DNA of 64,000 nucleotides, from positions 62,001 through 126,000 of the forward strand of contig MCFH01000077.1 in NCBI GenBank assembly GCA_002104945.1, in the 5' to 3' direction. A model generated the notes under the pieces. The model was given only the letters and a program-made list of their open reading frames with translations, had not been told where the DNA came from and searched no databases. The stretch's first letter is position 1; each line of letters starts with the position of its first letter. The DNA comes from Piromyces finnis finn (taxonomy: Eukaryota; Fungi; Neocallimastigomycota). This document shows, in pieces, positions 1 to 13,400 of this stretch. The position numbers and the translations under genes were made by a program.

Positions 1-94
1 TTTATTTTTTACTTTTATTTAAAAAAACTATTTCATTAGATATTATCCTTCAAATTTAAAAATAGTTTGCGCTTGAACCATTATTCTCAACGTA

Positions 95-1345
95 TTAAAC
101 AATTTTAACCATTTCTCCCATATTTCTTCTTCGCATTTCTACCAAAAAGGCTATTATATTTTTCATCTCTTTTCCAGCATATTTCATTGCTGTATCTCCA
201 TAGTCATTCTTAATATTCAAATCCGCTCCACGATCCAATAATAGTTTGATGATTTTAACACGACAGTACATAACTGCCAACATTAGGGGCGTAAAGCCAT
301 GATAATTATCACCACCCTGAAAATTAACATCAACACCACGATCCAATAATACTTCGACGGTTTTTAGTGCTCCATTCATGGATGCTCTTAGTAACGCTAT
401 TCCTTTATCGACTCCACAATCCAATAAAAATTCAGTCATTTTTATATAATCTTTCTTGACAGCTACTTCTAGTGAATTTTCCATCAAATTATCCCAAATA
501 TTACTACGACGTTTGGCTCCACGATCCAACAAAAGCTTGGCTGCTTCTATATTCTCATTCTTGATTGCCCATTCTAGTGCTGTATAATTATCATCACCTT
601 CAAGATCAATACTGGCACCTCGATCTAACAATAACTGGACAATTTCTGTATGTCCGTTTTTGGCTGCCTCTGTTAGTGCTGTTTCATTAATACCATGATG
701 ATACTCTTCAAATATACCAAATTTTTCACGATGATCTATTTCAGCATCAAGATCTAACAACGATTTGACTATTTCTGTTTTTCCTTTCCTAGCTGCAATA
801 ACTAGATCCATATCGGAAAACACTTCAGTTTCCAATAACAGTTTGACAGTTTCGGTATGTCCGTTTTCATAGGCCACTTTTAATGGTGTATCAACTTCAT
901 CATTCATATTATTATAAAATAACTCATAATCAAAATACCCATCTAAACTCAACAAAATTCTGACAATCTCTGTATGACCTCCCCTTGCAGCATTCATTGT
1001 TGCTCTATCATCAAGATGGATATAATCGTCTCTAATTAAATATTGAGCTATGTCATTGTCACTTGTTCTTTTCTGATTCTTATAGAGATAAAGTAAACTT
1101 AAAACTTTATCTTTTCTTCCAAGCAATAGCATTCTTATTATATCTATATGACCGCCTTCTGCAGCTTTCATTATTGCTGTATTTCCATCTTTGTCTTCAT
1201 AATTAATATCTATACCTTTGTTCATTAAAGACTTCATCTTTTCAATATCACCATCCAGTGCTGCTTTTAACCATGCTTCACCGTCTTTCGACTCAGATTC
1301 TACACCTTTCGTCGGTTGATCTAGATGGTTAGGAAGTTCATCAGC
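95..1345 (-). CDS. Ankyrin-repeat protein (main exon; a 5' exon probably lies upstream)
   Basis: The 380-aa ORF 95..1237 has repeated ankyrin motifs (TAIMKAAEGGH, TPLKVAYENGH, TALTEAAKNGH, TPLMLAVMY). The frame stays open upstream (DELPNHLDQ...AWLKAALDGDIEK) to a CAG acceptor near 1345. I could not fix the true start. Confidence 0.85.
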   Translation of the reverse strand, partial: ADELPNHLDQPTKGVESESKDGEAWLKAALDGDIEKMKSLMNKGIDINYEDKDGNTAIMKAAEGGHIDIIRMLLLGRKDKVLSLLYLYKNQKRTSDNDIAQYLIRDDYIHLDDRATMNAARGGHTEIVRILLSLDGYFDYELFYNNMNDEVDTPLKVAYENGHTETVKLLLETEVFSDMDLVIAARKGKTEIVKSLLDLDAEIDHREKFGIFEEYHHGINETALTEAAKNGHTEIVQLLLDRGASIDLEGDDNYTALEWAIKNENIEAAKLLLDRGAKRRSNIWDNLMENSLEVAVKKDYIKMTEFLLDCGVDKGIALLRASMNGALKTVEVLLDRGVDVNFQGGDNYHGFTPLMLAVMYCRVKIIKLLLDRGADLNIKNDYGDTAMKYAGKEMKNIIAFLVEMRRRNMGEMVKIV

Positions 1346-1493
1346 TGTTTTTTATTATTTAGTTGGGTTAAAAATAAATGTAATAATATTAGGTATTATA
1401 CAGAAATAGAATTAATAAACCAGACTTTAAAAGCGAATAAAAAAAAAAAAAAAGAGTATCATTTGATAATTTTTTTACTTTTTTCCATTTTAA

Positions 1494-1524
<31 letters not shown>

Positions 1525-1688
1525 AAATAAAAAATGACTATTGTTTATATTTATAAATAGATTTTTCTCTTTTTTTTTTTTTTTTACTAAAAGTACCAGG
1601 CAGGTCTAAACTTTTTTTCTTAAAAAAAAATAAACAAAAAACTGAAAATTTAAAACTCATTTTTTTAATACAAATTAGTTCATCCATC

Positions 1689-1697
1689 AGCCAATCA
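1689..1697 (+). promoter_or_regulatory. Candidate CCAAT box (AGCCAATCA)
   Basis: Match to the NF-Y/HAP consensus in AT-rich DNA upstream of the ankyrin gene; motif match only. Confidence 0.3.
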
Positions 1698-2339
1698 TAT
1701 TTCTATTATTACATTTTAAAATGTAAAAAAAAAAATTAAAAAATGGTGAAATTTTTTTTCCCAATTGTCCCATCCACCACCACTTTCACAAAATAAAATA
1801 ATAACAAATGGTTTCTTTACCAAGTTTTTTTAAAATGCAAACACACACGTTGAAGAACTTTTTTTTTTTATATTTTTTTTTTTTATTTGTCTTTTTTATC
1901 AACAAAATTATTAATTCATAACAATACAATAATAATAAAAAAATTTTATGAATTAATATTCTAGTATTTATGGTATATTAATTGTCAATAAAAAAAACGT
2001 TTTTTTTTTTTTTAAAAAAATTATTTCATTTTTTTATAAATAAAAGAAATTATGGAATAAATAAATTAGGTTGTTTTGGCATAAAAAAAGTACCCAAAGT
2101 ATCAACAACAAGCTATCTCCTCACACTTTTTTTATCCTTAGTATTATTGGTATATAGAATAGTAGTAAAAAAAAAAATTTAAAAGCTTAATATAAACTTT
2201 AAATCTTTTCTTACCAAGCCTTTAAAGTTTACATACAACTTTTTATAAATAAATATTTATAGCTTTAGTGATGAATTTTTATGTGTCGTCATCACTTTCT
2301 ATATTTTGGTTGTTCAATTTAACTTTTTTGCGTTATTTT

Positions 2340-2606
2340 TTAACATTCAAAAATATAGGCACCTGGAGTCATTTGCATACGCATAACACGTAATTCACAA
2401 TAATCCTTGTAATATAATCTTGAAATTGGAACTGACTTTCTGTCATATTCTTCTTCAGACATCATTGTAAATGTATCAGTATTTTCACAAAAACTAACTC
2501 TCTTTTCAGTAAGAGAAGTCATACTACCAGCATCAGAAGAGACATCGGAGGCATCAGAGAAAACAGAGGATTTTCTTCTTAAAATTGGATGTGGGAATTC
2601 TGGCAT
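2340..2606 (-). CDS. 88-aa protein with a PP1-docking RVxF motif followed by a YDR motif (neurabin/Phactr/Bni4-like)
   Basis: Starting at the ATG at 2606 it reads MPEFPHPILRRKSS...KRVSFCENTDTFTMMSEEEYDRKSVPISRL. It is a GC-enriched island with coding-like codon use, flanked by AT-rich DNA. Confidence 0.7.
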   Translation of the reverse strand: MPEFPHPILRRKSSVFSDASDVSSDAGSMTSLTEKRVSFCENTDTFTMMSEEEYDRKSVPISRLYYKDYCELRVMRMQMTPGAYIFEC

Positions 2607-3507
2607 TGTTAATAAATGTTTTAATTGGATTTGATTAATATTATACAATTGCAAAAAGTTTTTTGTTTTTACTATTCTAACTTGATAATACGTTTATTTT
2701 TTTATGTATTTCAAATTTATCAATAGCTTTTTTGTTATGAAAAAGTTGAAATTGATTGTTTTTTCACACTCAATTTTTTATCAAAAATAAATAATTTTTA
2801 TATTTAGGTGAAATCAAAAATTTTTTGCTTTTTTTTAGCACTCCAATAGTTAAAAAAAATAAACAAAGAAAACAGTGAAGAAAATGGGAAAAAAAAAAAA
2901 GAAAATTTTTTTCTTTTTATACAAAAAAATCAATATAATAATAATATAAATATAGTTATATTATAATATATGGTTATTTATATTTATAAATTAGTTTATT
3001 ATATATTATGATTATATTAAACTTTAAATGGCATTATTTATTTTGACGGTATGGAGAATAAAAAAAAATTATGACGAAAATAGACGATGCTATTAGGAAA
3101 ATAGTAAAAAATTTTTTTATTATGAAATAAGTTGAGCCTAAAAAGTTTAGAAATAAAATTCAATAAGAAATATCATTTTAATATAAATACAATATATTAT
3201 AATATATGAAGTTCATTAATTTTTTATGGATGAATAGGACTATGGAATTAATATAATAAATTTAAATTGTATTGAGTAATATATTAATAATATATGAAAT
3301 AATAAAAAGTATCAATGGCCTCATCAATGTGGTTGTTTATAGTATCAAAAGAAAATCTTAATTTTTAAACTTTTATAATATATTAAAATATATTGCAATT
3401 AATATAATAAATATATTGATAATTTATATTATTAAACTAATTAATTCAATTATAATAAATAAATTAAATATAATTTAAACCATAAATAACTCATGGGTTA
3501 ATAAATA

Positions 3508-3647
3508 TGAATGAATAAAACAATAATAAATTAAATAAATAAATAGATAGAGATGTTATGTGAATGAATAAAACAATAATAAATTAAATAAATAAATAGA
3601 TAGAGATGTTATGTGAATGAATGAAATAATAATAAATTAAATAAATG
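3508..3647. repeat. 53-bp tandem repeat, about 2.6 copies
   Basis: GATGTTATG recurs at 3552 and 3605; CAATAAT recurs at 3521 and 3574. Confidence 0.9.
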
Positions 3648-3927
3648 GATAATATGGCACGGATCCTGGCCAAAATTTCACCAGAAAATAAAATTATTTA
3701 ACCATAATTTTTTTCGATATTTTCCACCTGATCCTTTAACCACGCCCGACATCCCATCATAGGAAGTATGACCTATCTACTCTTCCAATAACCAGTCAAG
3801 AGAATATATAGGAAGAGAGTTGATATTGAAATAAAATTTTTAAAATTTTATGATTTTATGATACTATGATGATTAAAACGGCTACATTGTAACAATAATA
3901 GAAATAACAATAATAAAAGTGCTAAAT

Positions 3928-4035
3928 AATAATAATAGTAATGTTGTTATTATTAATTATTATTTAATACTGCGATTATTAATAATAATAGTAATGTTGT
4001 TATTATTAATTATTATTTAATACTGCGATTATTAA
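3928..4035. repeat. 53-bp tandem duplication
   Basis: TGCGATT at 3971 and 4024; GTAATGTTG at 3938 and 3991. Confidence 0.9.
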
Positions 4036-4896
4036 TTGTTTTATTATCAATTATTATTTATTATTAATTAATTATTTGTTAATTATTATTTATTAATTAT
4101 TAATATTCTTTTATTATTTATTTAATAAAGTATTTATTCATTCATTTATATTTATTCATATACATTTATTTAACGCATTCATCCATATAACATTAATTCA
4201 TTTATTAATTATTAATATTCTTTTTATTCTTTTTTATTTAATAAATTATTTATTCATTTATTTATATATCTTTATTTTATTTATTTAGTTTATTATTGAT
4301 TCATTCATTCATATTTATTAATAGGCATTTATTTAATTCATTCATTTATTTATTAGTATTAGAATTCATTACTATAAAAAGTTTATTTTTAATAGAAATG
4401 AGTATATTATATTATATTGTAATATATTGCAATTGATTATATTTTTTATAATAAATAAAGTTACATTTTGATAATAAAAGAGTTTTTTAATTTTAATTAA
4501 TTAAATGAAATAAATGAATTAATTTTTTATTAATTAATTAAAATGGCATAATACAATATAATCCTATATAATGCAATATATACTAAAAATTAAATAGAAT
4601 AGAATTTTAATTCTTAATAAAATCAAAAAAAATACAGAAAAAAGTTTGAAAATAAAATTAATTAAAAAAGTGGAAAAAAATTTGGTTAAAGAAAGGACAA
4701 GGAAAAGGAGAAAGGAAGGAAGAAAGGAAAAAAAAAAAAAGTATGTCGTTGGTAATAAAAAAAAAAGTATTAATTATAAAAAGTTAAAGAATTTCATAAT
4801 GGTTAAGAATATCAAAATAAGGAATAAAATTAAATAGTATTTAATATCCGATTGCAACTATTAAAGAGGATAGTTGAACTAGTTGAAGTTGACTGA

Positions 4897-5025
4897 AATT
4901 GGAATGATTTAATAATGAAAAAAACCAAAAAAACAAAAAAAATTGGAATGATTTAATAATGAAAAAAACCAAAAAACAAAAAAAATTGGAATGATTTAAT
5001 AATGAAAAAAACCAAAAAAACAAAA
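4897..5025. repeat. 43-44-bp tandem repeat, 3 copies
   Basis: TTGGAATGATTTAATAATGAAAAAAACC starts at 4899, 4943 and 4986. Confidence 0.9.
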
Positions 5026-6559
5026 ATATATATATGCATATATGTATATACATATTTGTGTGTTAATTGTCATCATTATTGTCATTGTTTTTTTTTTATG
5101 GAATACCATACTTTTAATACAATGACATTACCCAAAAGATGATGACAATACTCTATTGGTATTTCTATTATTCTATTATTAGACGATTGGAAAATTTTTA
5201 TATTTATTTAATGAATACCATTAAATAAATATACTATCTATAATCTTTATATCATAAATCATAAATGGCTTTAGACTTTTTATATTTTTAAAGTTTGCTT
5301 ATTGGAATTTATTATTTATATTTTTTAATAATGTCTCTAAAATAAATAATATTCAGGAAATATTAGAATTGGTTAAAAATAAAATATAATCTATATTAAA
5401 GGAAAATAATAATAATCATAATATTCCTATTTTTATTTTAAATTATAATTATAAAAAAAAAAGGGATTAAAGTTAATTACATAAAGCTTAAAAAATCCCA
5501 AAAGAACTGAAAAAAAAAAGAGATAAAAATAAAAGGAGATAAAAAAAGAGAAAGAGAAAGAAACTTCTTTTTTCCCAGTAAAAAAAAAATCATCAAGTAT
5601 TCTTTTAAACCAAGCACAAAAAAAAAATTAATTATTGAAAATTCTTTTTTCAAGAACCTTTTTTTTTTTTTTTAATTCAATTTTCTGTTAATAATATTTT
5701 TTTTATTATAATAAAAAGTATAAAGTATTTTTTAATAGGCATTGAAATAAAAAGAAAAAAAGTATTTCTTATTTTAATATTCATAAAATTTAATAAAATA
5801 AAAAAAAAATAGTATTGTTTGATTTCATTGTTTATTAAGAATAGTTTTCATTGGCATTTTTGGATTTTAATAAGTGATAAAAACAAAAATAGTTTAATTA
5901 AAATTTATTAAATAACCGTGTAGAAATGTATGAATAATAATTCTAAATTAGACCAAACTAAAAAAAAAAAAACCATATTAATAAAAAAGAATATTAAAAA
6001 AGGGTTTTATTTTTCTTTATTATTTTAATTAATTAATTAATTATACAATAATAATTTAATCATGATAAAGAAATTACAATAATAAAAGAAAATAGTATGA
6101 ATTAATAAAGAAATAATAATTTAATAACATATTAATGTATTAATGTATTAATTTATAATAATGTCTAATATAATTAATAAATTCCTTAATTATAATAATA
6201 ATAGTGGAGGTTTAAAGAATATGAAAATACTTTCTTTTTATAAACTTTCAAGTTACAAAAAATGTGTAATAATTTTTTATTTATTAAAGTTTTTTTTTTT
6301 TTATTCATTAAACTATCAAACGATCACTGCATAAAAAATGAATTTAATATTTTTACTAATAAATAAAATTTTAAATAGTGTTGTTAGTATAAAAGGAAAA
6401 AAAAACTTTAAAAAAAGACAATTTTTTTGCTGGTCTTTTAAAAAAAAAATTGACAGTTTTTAAAAAAAAATTAAACTTTAAAAAGAAATAATTAAAAAAT
6501 TAAATTTTAATATATACAAAAAAAGAAAAATAAAATATACTTTTTTAATTAAAAAATAA

Positions 6560-6596
6560 TAATTAGAATAATAATTATAAATTAATAATAATAAAC

Positions 6597-6634
<38 letters not shown>

Positions 6635-6635
6635 C

Positions 6636-6676
<41 letters not shown>

Positions 6677-6710
6677 TAGAATAATAATAATAATAATAAT
6701 AATAATAAAC

Positions 6711-6754
<44 letters not shown>

Positions 6755-6756
6755 TA

Positions 6757-6811
<55 letters not shown>

Positions 6812-6813
6812 TA

Positions 6814-6862
<49 letters not shown>

Positions 6863-6905
6863 CAGAATAATTAGAATAATAATAATTAGAATAATAATAT
6901 TAATA
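6560..6905. repeat. Compound (AAT)n microsatellite interrupted by TTAGA and AAACAT
   Basis: Directly visible in the sequence. Confidence 0.95.
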
Positions 6906-8339
6906 TTAATCTCTAATAATTACCTTTTTTTTAAAAAGTTATATATATAAATAAATCATCAGAGTTATCATAGTATCAAAAAAAAAGTTTAAACTTTATA
7001 TATTTGTCCTTTTGGTAGTTATTGAAAAATAAAGTTTAATTTATTTTCATGAGAATTAGAATAACTCGAATAGTTATTATTTTAAAATAATATATCAATA
7101 TAAATATCAATAAAACTTTAAATATAAAAGTGAATATATATTTATATTGTCATACTCTTAAGAATAAAGTTATTATTAATTATTTTTTGTTTTTTGTTTA
7201 ATTTTGTATGAAATAAAAATAAATGAAGAGGAATAAGAAAAAGAAAATAAAATTTGATATGCTATTATATATATAATATATATATACAAAAAATATCAAA
7301 AGTAAAAAAAAAAAAAATATTATGACAACTATTAAATTAATTATTTTTATTTAATACATACACCTGATATTGTTAAAGTTTTAATAAATTATTAAAGTTC
7401 ATGAATGACCATCTCAAAACTATGAAAATATTATCTAGTTCATTATAAATCAAGGTTAAAGTTTCTCATTTATATAGAATGGCAAGAAGAATTTTGTATT
7501 TCTTTTTCTTTTTCAAAAGTAAAAAAAAAATTTCTTTTTTTTTTTTTTAATAAACTATTTATAATTAATACTATATTTATTTTATCCTATATTTTTTTTT
7601 TACTGCTTAATCTACCAAGTATTTTCATATATTAATATATAATAAAAAAATAAACTTTATAAGGTTTATTAAAGTTATCATCATCATCAACGTTTTTATT
7701 CTTGTATACCATATTTAATCGATCAAATTTAAAAAAAAAAAAAAAAAATTAAAAGGGTTATATAAAATAGACATCATTGAATTTAAATTAAATGATATAA
7801 AGAAATAATATAATTGAATTTTATTATTTCAAATTTTCATTAGATTCAAATTATAATAATAAATAAACTAATATTTTTTTTTCAAAATTTTTTTTACATT
7901 TATACTTTGAATGCATTATTTATAAACTTTATATTCTTTTTTTTTGAATAAGAACATTCTTTTATTATTTATGAATAAGGATAATAGAATGAAAAACATC
8001 CATAATAATATATACATTATAAATTATTTATTATTATAGTTCTTTCTCTACTAATGATTAATATTTTTTTCAATTCCAAGTACATTTTCAATCGTCTATT
8101 CGAGTAATTTTAATATTTAGTAGTTCTTTGAGAAATATTGACTGCTTTATATTTCACACCAACAATACTTTTTATTACATGATATAAAAACAATAGGTGA
8201 CTTGAACCTATTGTTCTATTAGTCTATTTTTCCTAATATTGAATTTATATAGTATGAATTATTTCTACAATGTAAGAGAATGTAAATAATATATGGCAAA
8301 TGTAAGAACATATAATGTAAAAGAATAATGTAAATGTAT

Positions 8340-8940
8340 AATCCATATAATTCCAGCCTCATCATTGGACAATTAATTATTAAGTAAGGCTCATTAGCTT
8401 AAATAGATTAGGAATAAGTATTATTAAGAAGGTTTCTTGTTTTTAGTTAAAAGTCTAATAGTTAACAACGGCAGAATTAACGTTTTAGTATTTTGATAGA
8501 ATAGAAATATTAGAACGTAATAAAGTTATTAATAAAACATAAAGTTAAATACTTACTATATAAAATTAACCCGTATCATACATTTACACACTTGTATTAC
8601 ATTACATTATTGGTATTGTACGTACAATTTCTCAATCTCATGATTCTATTCCATAGTTAGAGGATCATAGGTTTATGTATATACAACCCATATGGAATGA
8701 TGTTTTGTATTTTTTGACATTCCGATAATGTCATCAAATGTAATTAGTTTTCTAATTCGGAGCTGATCTTTTATACAAAGCCCTCCCAGTATGGCAAGAT
8801 GAAAATTCATTATTATAATAAGTAGAATAAAAAAATTAATTACTATTTTCCAAAATCATCATCACCTAACCTTGGTAATATTTGACGGGTACAACCGGCA
8901 TAAATCCTTAGGTATTTAATGGGTAATACCTTTATACTAA
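8340..8940 (-). mobile_element. Probable highly decayed non-LTR retrotransposon fragment
   Basis: Broken minus-strand frames give VLPIKYLRI (like the KYLG motif after the RT core) and ILPYWEG / GGLCIKDQ (like LPxxxGGLG of LINE thumb regions), with many stops and frameshifts. Confidence 0.35.
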
Positions 8941-9309
8941 TATATTATAATTCATATTATAATAGTAATTTACTATAAAACCTTTTAATTACAATCTATT
9001 GTAATAAATTAATTATTGTATAATTTTATTTATATTCTTACACTATTAATTCAACACTTTTAAATATTCATAATAAAATTATCCATTAATCATGTGTTTA
9101 AGAAAAAGAAAAAAGTGTAATAATTAATAAAGTATTTATTATCCGACACCATGATTTTACGAATTTATTTCTTTTTTTTTCTTTTTTTTAGAAATATAAA
9201 GAAAAAAAAAACCAATGTATCATTTAATTTAATAGAAAAAATGAACATTAAGAAATTTAAAAAAAAATTAAATAGTTATAGATATAATAATAGTCATTGT
9301 AAATAACTT

Positions 9310-9487
9310 TAAATTCAAAGGTCCATTAGCATCATCATCACCACACAACACTGTAAATTCAAAGGTCCATTAGCATCATCATCACCACACAACACTGTAA
9401 ATTCAAAGGTCCATTAGCATCATCATCACCACACAACACTGTAAATTCAAAGGTCCATTAGACCATCACTACTCAACACTGTAAATT
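9310..9487. repeat. 44-bp minisatellite, 3 perfect copies plus 1 degenerate copy
   Basis: TAAATTCAAAGGTCCATTAGCATCATCATCACCACACAACACTG starts at 9310, 9354 and 9398; a degenerate copy starts at 9442. Confidence 0.95.
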
Positions 9488-10402
9488 TATTCACTTTTTT
9501 CGATTTCAATGATTTCAATTAGGGATGAGGATGAAATCCGTTAATTCTTTTAAATTCAATATGACACTATGACAATATTGTCTTTTTTTCATAACAATAA
9601 TAACTTTTTATATTAATAAATTAAAATTTTCTTAAACTTTAATTATTAATAAAATGTATTTTATTATGTTTTGTGTAACATTATCTTTATTAAAACGTAA
9701 TGTATTTGAAATGTATAATAATGTAATAGGAAATGATATTTTTTGAAATTTAAAAAAAAACAATCCTCTTTTTACTCTCACATATTATAATTAATTGTTT
9801 AGTTCTTTTTCTTTTCATGCCTAATATGCCTAATATCATTATTAAATAGAAACGGAAAAGGTAAATCTTTTAAATAAAGTTTTATATACTAGGTAGTAAA
9901 TAAATAAATAAAATTATAACAAAAATAAAATATAATACTAAATAATTAATTAATGAACAAAATGACAGGTAAATTTTTTTAAATAATTAAATATGAAACT
10001 GATTTTACGCTTTTTTTTTTTTTAAATAGAAAAAAAGGTCATCGGTAGTATGTTGAAATTATAAAAATAATCGTAAGTAAAAATAATGTTTTTTTCTTTT
10101 TAGTATTATTTTATTTTCTATTTAAAGTACTTTTTCGTTTTCTAGTAGAATCGCTTTCTTTTTACTTTCTTTTTTTTTAAAAAAAAAAAAAAAAGAATTG
10201 CTAAGCAACAATATTAAAATAATATAAATGACTAATTCTATATAAAATGAATCATCAATTCAAATTAATATATTGTTAAATTATATTTTATATATTAAGT
10301 AATATAATAAATTCATCTTGAATTTTTAAAAAATTTTTATTATAAAAACCAAAAAATTTTACTACTTTTCATTTAAAAAAATAAATTTAATAATAAAAAA
10401 AA

Positions 10403-13400
10403 ATGAAATTATCAACGCTAATAATTCTGTTAATTATACAATTAGTCAGCATTGTGGTAAGCATTATAATAGGAATAATGTCCTAATTTTAATATTTATA
10501 TTTAAAATATTAAGAAAAAATAACAGTTGTTAAAAAAAATATAACATTCATTTAAAAAAAAAGTAAATTGTATTAACGAATTATTGTATATTATTTTTTT
10601 TGTTGTCACATATTTTATTTTTAAAAATGAAATGAAAAAAAAATTGATAAATAATTATAAAAAAGTTTGCTGAAACTATAACTTTCAAACAACAAGGTGG
10701 AAGTGCAGAATTAAATGTTGAAAAAAACTCTACATTTAATGTTGAATTAAAAGGTAATCCAACTACCGGTTATAGCTGGTATTTAGATAATGTCAATGAT
10801 ATTGAAGACGCCATTGAATTATTAAATGGTGATGGTGATTACATTCAAGATAAATCTAAACCAGGAATGGTTGGTGTTGGTGGTACTTTTATTTTCAAAT
10901 TCCAAGTCAAGAAAACTGATAAATTACCAACCATAAAATTTGTTTATAAGAGAGTCTGGGAAGAAACTTCTATAGCTACTGCTGAAGTTATTTTAAAAAG
11001 TAATGCCAATGACTATGTTGAAGCTGAAAATGTTGTTTCTTTCACACAAAAAGGTGGTGTTCAAGAATTAGAAGTTAAAAAAGGTTTAAATTTTGATGTT
11101 AAATTAAGTGGTAATCCAACTACCGGTTATAGCTGGTATTTAGATAATGTCAATGATATTGAAGACGCCATTGAATTATTAAATGGTGATGGTGATTACA
11201 TTCAAGATAAATCTAAACCAGGAATGGTTGGTGTTGGTGGTACTTTTATTTTCAAATTCCAAGTCAAGAAAACTGATAAATTACCAAGCTTGAGATTTGT
11301 TTATAAGAGAATCTGGGAAGAAACTTCTATAGCTACTGCTGAAGTTATTTTAAAAAGTAATGCCAATGACTATGTTGAAGCTGAAAATGTTGTTTCTTTC
11401 ACACAAAAAGGTGGTGTTCAAGAATTAGAAGTTAAAAAAGGTTTAAATTTTGATGTTAAATTAAGTGGTAATCCAACTACCGGTTATAGCTGGTATTTAG
11501 ATAATATTAATGATATTGAAGACGCCATTGAATTATTAAATGGTGATGGTGATTACATTCCAGATGAATCTAAACCAGGAATGGGTGGTGTTGGTGGTGC
11601 TTTTATTTTCAAATTCCAAGTCAAGAAAACTGATAAATTACCAAGCTTGAGATTTGTTTATAAGAGAATCTGGGAAGAAACTTCTATAGCTACTGCTGAA
11701 GTTATTTTAAAAAGTAATGCCAATGACTATGTTGAAGCTGAAAATGTTGTTTCTTTCACACAAAAAGGTGGTGTTCAAGAATTAGAAGTTAAAAAAGGTT
11801 TAAATTTTGATGTTAAATTAAGTGGTAATCCAACTACCGGTTATAGCTGGTATTTAGATAATATTAATGATATTGAAGACGCCATTGAATTATTAAATGG
11901 TGATGGTGATTACATTCAAGATAAATTTAAACCAGGAATGGTTGGTGTTGGTGGTACTTTTATTTTCAAATTCCAAGTCAAGAAAACTGATAAATTACCA
12001 AGCTTGAGATTTGTTTATAAGAGAATCTGGGAAGAAACTTTCATAGCTACTGCTGAAGTTATTTTAAAAAGTAATGCCAATGACTATGTTGAAGCTGAAA
12101 ATGTCGTTTCTTTCACACAAAAAGGTGGTATTCAAGAATTAGAAGTTGAAGAAGGTTCATACTTTGATGTCAAATTAAGTGGTAATCCAACTACCGGTTA
12201 TAGCTGGTATTTAGATAATATTAATGATATTGAAGACGCCATTGAATTATTAAATGGTGATGGTGATTACATTCAAGATAAATCTAAACCAGGAATGAGT
12301 GGTGTTGGTGGTACTTTTATTTTCAAATTCCAAGTCAAGAAAACTGATAAATTACCAAGCTTGAGATTTGTTTATAAGAGAATCTGGGAAGAAACTTCTA
12401 TAGCTACTGCTGAAGTTATTTTAAAAAGTAATGACAATGCCTATGTTGAAGCTGAAAATGTTGTTTCTTTCACACAAAAAGGTGGTGTTCAAGAATTAGA
12501 AGTTAAAAAAGGTTTAAATTTTGATGTTAAATTAAGTGGTAATCCAACTACCGGTTATAACTGGTATTTAGATAATGTCAATGATATTGAAGATACCATT
12601 GAATTATTAAATGGTGATGGTGATTACATTCAAGATAAATCTAAACCAGGAATGGTTGGTGTTGGTGGTACTTTTATTTTCAAATTCCAAGTCAAGAAAA
12701 CTGATAAATTACCAGCCATAAAATTTGTTTATAGAAGATCTTGGGAAGGAGCTTCTATAGCTAATGCTAAAGTTATTTTAAAAATTAATGGCTATATTGA
12801 AGCTGAAAATGTTGTCACATTTACACAAAATAGTGGTGTTCAAAAATTGGAAGTTGGAGAAGGTTCATTCTTTGATGTCAGATTACCTGGTAATCCAAGT
12901 ACTGGTTACAATTGGAGTTTAGATAATATTGATGACATTAAAGATACTGTTGAATTATTGAAAAATGAAAACGGACTTAGTGATTACTATTACATCCCAA
13001 ATAATCCAGATCCAATGTTAATTGGTGGTGGTGGTTCTTATATTTTCAAATTCCAAGTCAAGAAAACTGATAAATTACCAACCTTGAAATTTGTTTATAA
13101 GAGATCCTGGTCAAGTGATCCAAAGAGTACAGTTGAAGTTGTTTTAAAAAGTAACATCTACGTTGAAGCTGAAAATGTTGTCACTTTTACACAAGATGGT
13201 GGTATTCAAGAATTGGAGGTTGAAGAAGGTTCATACTTTGATGTCAAATTAAGTACTAACCCAAGTACTGGTTACAACTGGTATTTAGATAATGCTGATG
13301 ACATTAAGGATGCCATCGAAGTATTAAATGATGATGGTGATTACATTCCAGATGAATCTAAACCTATCATGCCTGGTAGTGGTGGTACTATTGCTTTTCA

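Noticed and set aside
9310-9487. 44-bp repeats as a CRISPR array
   Set aside because: The units are head to tail with no unique spacers, there are no cas genes, and the context is eukaryotic.
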